Shown in pieces: positions 60,579-64,000 of a stretch of 64,000 bases of DNA (its first letter is position 1; every line of letters begins with the position of its first letter). This DNA is from a virus. Position numbers and translations under genes: made by a program. The notes under the pieces are model-generated. The model worked only from the letters and a program-made list of their open reading frames with translations. It was not told the origin of the DNA and made no database searches. The stretch spans positions 1 to 64,000 of IMG/VR virus record IMGVR_UViG_3300027730_000009. The stretch is one strand, 5' to 3'.

Positions 60579-60972
60579 CTTCTTCTAATTCTTTTGGTTT
60601 GTTATCTTCAAAATAAAAGTTTAGTTTTTTAAGACTCTCTAAGTCAGAAGACTCGAAGGTTTTTTTCAAATCGGAAATGACTTCTTTGAAAAGTAATTCT
60701 TTTTCTTCTCGTTCCTTATTTATCTTAATTAATCTAAGAATGTTTTGAACAGTTTTTTCAACTTCCTGTTCGTTAATCTCACAAACAATACTTAGACCAC
60801 GAAAATTTTCTCCTTTTTGTGACTCGAACGGTATTGTTTGACCGTCGGTTGAAATGCTTTTAGGAACTCCCCAAGATTTAGGGATTTCAATATCGAAAGA
60901 AAAATATGACTCTAATTTCCTTATTGAAAAAAAATATTCCAAAAATGGTTCTATTGATTTGAAAAAATTCAT
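60544..60972 (-). CDS. hypothetical protein
   Basis: 142-aa ORF. Confidence 0.7.
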   Translation of the reverse strand: MNFFKSIEPFLEYFFSIRKLESYFSFDIEIPKSWGVPKSISTDGQTIPFESQKGENFRGLSIVCEINEQEVEKTVQNILRLIKINKEREEKELLFKEVISDLKKTFESSDLESLKKLNFYFEDNKPKELEEDEPTETIGLAE

Positions 60973-61148
60973 GTTGTGATTAAATATGTTAGAAAATAAC
61001 TGATTGATAAATATAAAAATAAAAGGTCCCTACTTGAAAATAATGCTTCATTTCCAAGCAGGACACCTATGAATTTTACTATATTTTTTATAATAATTTG
61101 AGATGTTAGGATAAACAAAAATAAAAATAAAGTGTCTAAACTTAACAT
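60969..61148 (-). CDS. small two-TM membrane protein (59 aa)
   Basis: Hand-translated; ATGA overlap with the next gene. Confidence 0.5.
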   Translation of the reverse strand: MLSLDTLFLFLFILTSQIIIKNIVKFIGVLLGNEALFSSRDLLFLYLSISYFLTYLITT

Positions 61149-61149
61149 T

Positions 61150-61323
61150 TTATTTTTTTTTGTTTTCTTCCAAAATCTCGATTCTAAGTTGTTGCAAAAG
61201 AGCTTTCAATTCTTGCGCAGTTTTTCTTGCACGAGTACCAGCACTTTTGTTTCCCTTGAAGAATTTTTCAGTGTCACTTGAGAGTAACTCTGTCAAATCT
61301 TTGATGTTCTGTAATGTTTCCAT
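61150..61323 (-). CDS. histone H1-like protein, Hc1 family (57 aa)
   Basis: Hand-translated ...EKFFKGNKSAGTRARKTAQELK...; below the ORF-track cutoff. Confidence 0.8.
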   Translation of the reverse strand: METLQNIKDLTELLSSDTEKFFKGNKSAGTRARKTAQELKALLQQLRIEILEENKKK

Positions 61324-61376
61324 TTTAAAGTATTTTTTATTGTTTATGGATAATCTAAGACAATATAATCATATTG

Positions 61377-61859
61377 TCACTCTCCGTCAAGTGTTCTAAC
61401 ATGAACAACATTCTTATCTAATAATTTATAAATCTCAGTCAAGATATCTAAATCTGATTTGGCAAAGGGTTTATCTTGGTCAAATAAATCTTTTATAAAA
61501 TCAGGTATGGCACTTCTCATATTAATTGTTTCTTGATGATAAAAACTATCGTCAAAGAATTTTTTTAAATATTCTTTGTGTTCCCCTTTAGGTTTTAATA
61601 TTATATTTTCCAATTCAAAATTTTTAACTATAGTCTTCCAACACCACTCAAAATGACTTTCGATATCTTTTTCAGACATAGTAATTTTTGTTTCATTTGT
61701 GTTGTCACCCAAATAAGTGTCATTAATAGTCTGTGCCAAGGAAAGAAAAATATCACCAAACAAATCGATTTTCTCAGATATTATGTTATGTACTTGAAAC
61801 CATACCTCCACTTCGTGGTTAGGTATGGGCTTAGACATCCAATTAAAAAAATTCTCCAT
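61377..61859 (-). CDS. hypothetical protein
   Basis: 160-aa ORF. Confidence 0.7.
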   Translation of the reverse strand: MENFFNWMSKPIPNHEVEVWFQVHNIISEKIDLFGDIFLSLAQTINDTYLGDNTNETKITMSEKDIESHFEWCWKTIVKNFELENIILKPKGEHKEYLKKFFDDSFYHQETINMRSAIPDFIKDLFDQDKPFAKSDLDILTEIYKLLDKNVVHVRTLDGE

Positions 61860-61905
61860 AGGGTTTCTATGGAGAATTATAACAAATTGTAATGAAATTT
61901 ATAGG

Positions 61906-63360
61906 TTATTGAGTTTTTTGATTATAATCAACAATTTTTTTCATTCTATTAATTTCTTCTGAAATAATTTTTTCATTTTTGTTTTCAACAGATTCTAATT
62001 GATTCATAATCTTTTGAGACTTAGCCGCCCCTTTTTTCAAATTAAGTGCACCTTGTTCAGTACTTTCACCCGCTTGGTCAACAGGTTGTGGGTATCTTTT
62101 ATAAGATGCATTCATTTGCTCAGCACCATAAACATTGTCTTTGAAATTTTTATAGAACTTATCACCAACTTTAGATGGAACAACATTACCTAAGGCTTTT
62201 CCATCTTTATCGACTTGTGCATTTCCTGTTTTAGATGCTCCCTTGAGGTTAGCTTCAATCCATTCATCATTTGGTTTGATTTCATCATACACCAAATTGG
62301 TTTGACCAGGGAATGCAAACGCATCAATGTACTCTTCAACAGCATCAGAAGCCTTGTAAGCCTTCTTGGGAGTTTCTTTCATCTCACCATTTCCAACGGG
62401 AAATCCTTCAGGGTCCATTTCATATGTACCCTCAGACCCAGTCTTCAAATAATCTTTCATTTTTTTAACAACAGCATCTAAGTGGTCTTTGTTAACTTCC
62501 TTATTTTTATTTGAAATTTTATTAAAGTCAGGTTCAACTGACGAACTTTTCTTTTGCATATTGTTTTTTTGTTCTTTGATAATCATTTCAATTAGGTCAA
62601 TGATTTCACTTTCATACAACTTTAAAACTTTTTTATTTGAATTGGACTCTTGTAAATTTTTACATTTGTCTTTATTCATATTTAAATATAATTGAGCCAT
62701 TTTAGCAGGGTGTCCTCCAATCTTTTTTGCCGTTGTTGCGCATTTACATGTAACATCACCATCACTATCTACCATTTTCTTACGACTACACCATTTTGTG
62801 AAAGCACCCTTTTTCATGTCCACATCTTGAATCCATTTGTCATCTTTAGCTTCTTTAACGGGGTAAGTTTTACCATCGACAGTAAAAGTTTTTTTACCTT
62901 CTTCTCTTGCCTTAGCTAACTCCCCAGAGAACTCATTTCCCTCAACAGTTTCATCTTCTTCACCCATTCTCTGTTTATCAATATTTGAATAAACACCCAT
63001 TACTTTAGATTTTCTACCATCGAACTCATCTCTATCTTCATGGTCCTCCTCTTCGTACCCTTCATTTTTGATATCATGGATTTTAGGTTTTTCAGTTTTG
63101 AAGTCACCATATGGTTCAACTTCATCATCTTCAGTATCTCCAAAAGTAACTTCTTTCATGTCTCTTAACTTTTTAAAGTCGGCTGAAGTGAGTTTACCTT
63201 TAGGTTTAGCAACATCAAGTTTATGTTGGTTTCCCTGTAACTTCTCGTTAGTTTCCATTTTCTCAACAATTTGAGATACTAACTTCTCACTTTTTTCTCT
63301 TAAAGATTCATTCAAAACCTTCTCAACAATTTTATCAATGTGTTTTTCAAAATTATTCAT
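61906..63360 (-). CDS. charged multi-motif putative head/core protein
   Basis: Short modules separated by Glu-rich sites; C-terminal ISEEINRMKKI; TATTTAT upstream. Confidence 0.65.
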   Translation of the reverse strand: MNNFEKHIDKIVEKVLNESLREKSEKLVSQIVEKMETNEKLQGNQHKLDVAKPKGKLTSADFKKLRDMKEVTFGDTEDDEVEPYGDFKTEKPKIHDIKNEGYEEEDHEDRDEFDGRKSKVMGVYSNIDKQRMGEEDETVEGNEFSGELAKAREEGKKTFTVDGKTYPVKEAKDDKWIQDVDMKKGAFTKWCSRKKMVDSDGDVTCKCATTAKKIGGHPAKMAQLYLNMNKDKCKNLQESNSNKKVLKLYESEIIDLIEMIIKEQKNNMQKKSSSVEPDFNKISNKNKEVNKDHLDAVVKKMKDYLKTGSEGTYEMDPEGFPVGNGEMKETPKKAYKASDAVEEYIDAFAFPGQTNLVYDEIKPNDEWIEANLKGASKTGNAQVDKDGKALGNVVPSKVGDKFYKNFKDNVYGAEQMNASYKRYPQPVDQAGESTEQGALNLKKGAAKSQKIMNQLESVENKNEKIISEEINRMKKIVDYNQKTQ

Positions 63361-63399
63361 TTTATTGTTTTCTTAATAAATATCAATCTTCTTTGAAGA

Positions 63400-63999
63400 T
63401 TACTGGTTATTTTTTTTATCTTGGATTTTCTTTAGGATTTCAATAATCGTACTTTCACTAAGACCTAATCTTTGACTTGCGTTTTTTAAGATGTGTTTCT
63501 TATTATCTATTTCGGATAAATCAATTGCACCAGCACCCTGATTACAATATGGGAATGTTAAACACTTCTTTTTGATTTTTACAAATTTACCACCCTTATA
63601 AATAGGTTTCTTACCACCTCTCCAATTTTTACTCCCTTTAGCAATAAATGCCGGTGTGGAATAGGCACCACTAGATGCTGAGGTTGTTGCCTCAGTTGTT
63701 TCTTCCTTTGACTCCTCAATTCTTTTTAATTTAGTGTAATAGTTGGGGTCTTCAGCCAAATGGTCCATAGCAATTTCTTTCGCAATTTTCATATCATCGC
63801 TGTGTTCCATTTCTACTTTGATACCCTTGACTAGTTGTTGAGCCAAATGCATTATCATTTTTGAAATTCTTTGAGGACTTTGTTTTTTTACTGTCTTATC
63901 ACCAACATGTTTCATTGCTAAATCGTATAGTGTTGACGCATCTGCCAGTCCACCTTTTAATTTATTATCTTCTTTGGTTTCTTCCTTTGTAAATAAAGG
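63400..63999 (-). CDS. DUF5661-like domain protein, 5' end outside the window
   Basis: KGIKVEMEH...AKEIAMDHLAEDPNYYTKL; frame stays open upstream of 63915 to the window edge. Confidence 0.7.
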   Translation of the reverse strand, partial: PLFTKEETKEDNKLKGGLADASTLYDLAMKHVGDKTVKKQSPQRISKMIMHLAQQLVKGIKVEMEHSDDMKIAKEIAMDHLAEDPNYYTKLKRIEESKEETTEATTSASSGAYSTPAFIAKGSKNWRGGKKPIYKGGKFVKIKKKCLTFPYCNQGAGAIDLSEIDNKKHILKNASQRLGLSESTIIEILKKIQDKKNNQ

Positions 64000-64000
64000 G

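Noticed and set aside
1-64000. CRISPR array or diversity-generating retroelement
   Set aside because: No repeat-spacer series, cas gene or reverse transcriptase; long repeats are in-frame collagen duplications.
1-64000. Bacterial chromosome or eukaryotic giant virus origin
   Set aside because: No core cellular operons; bacterial promoters and terminators, S74 fibres, Rnl1, DUF3310, DUF932 and homing endonucleases indicate a bacteriophage.

Overview
A 64-kb, AT-rich, gene-dense segment of a large (probably jumbo) tailed dsDNA phage, most likely infecting a Bacteroidota host. Host evidence: many TTTG-N19-21-TAnnTTTG promoters, few obvious Shine-Dalgarno sites, signal peptides cleaved before Gln, and a T9SS C-terminal domain. 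Standard genetic code. In order: (i) restriction-like nucleases in promoter/terminator cassettes (type IIG-like RM fragment, DUF262-HNH, two PD-(D/E)xK-like); (ii) many putative virion-internal proteins with Glu-containing N-terminal leaders and an upstream TATTTAT(A) motif; (iii) a seven-gene secreted/outer-membrane operon (cohesin-dockerin T9SS protein, CsgG-family protein, putative beta-barrel, second dockerin protein, non-specific nuclease); (iv) umuDC with an apparently protease-dead UmuD; (v) glf plus two GT2 glycosyltransferases; (vi) an initiator-type tRNA-Met and a ~750-nt highly structured GOLLD-like ncRNA with its own promoter, boxA-like leader and terminator; (vii) an RNA-repair cluster (Rnl1, phosphoesterase, kinase); (viii) DNA methyltransferases, an Rmt2-like methyltransferase and two homing endonucleases; (ix) three adjacent collagen-like fibre genes with S74 chaperones that share a 7-triplet period and a 70-triplet super-repeat, suggesting in-register co-assembly; (x) Trx, Grx, DnaJ, Hc1, PcfJ and DUF932 genes. 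All calls come from motif recognition by eye; no searches were run.
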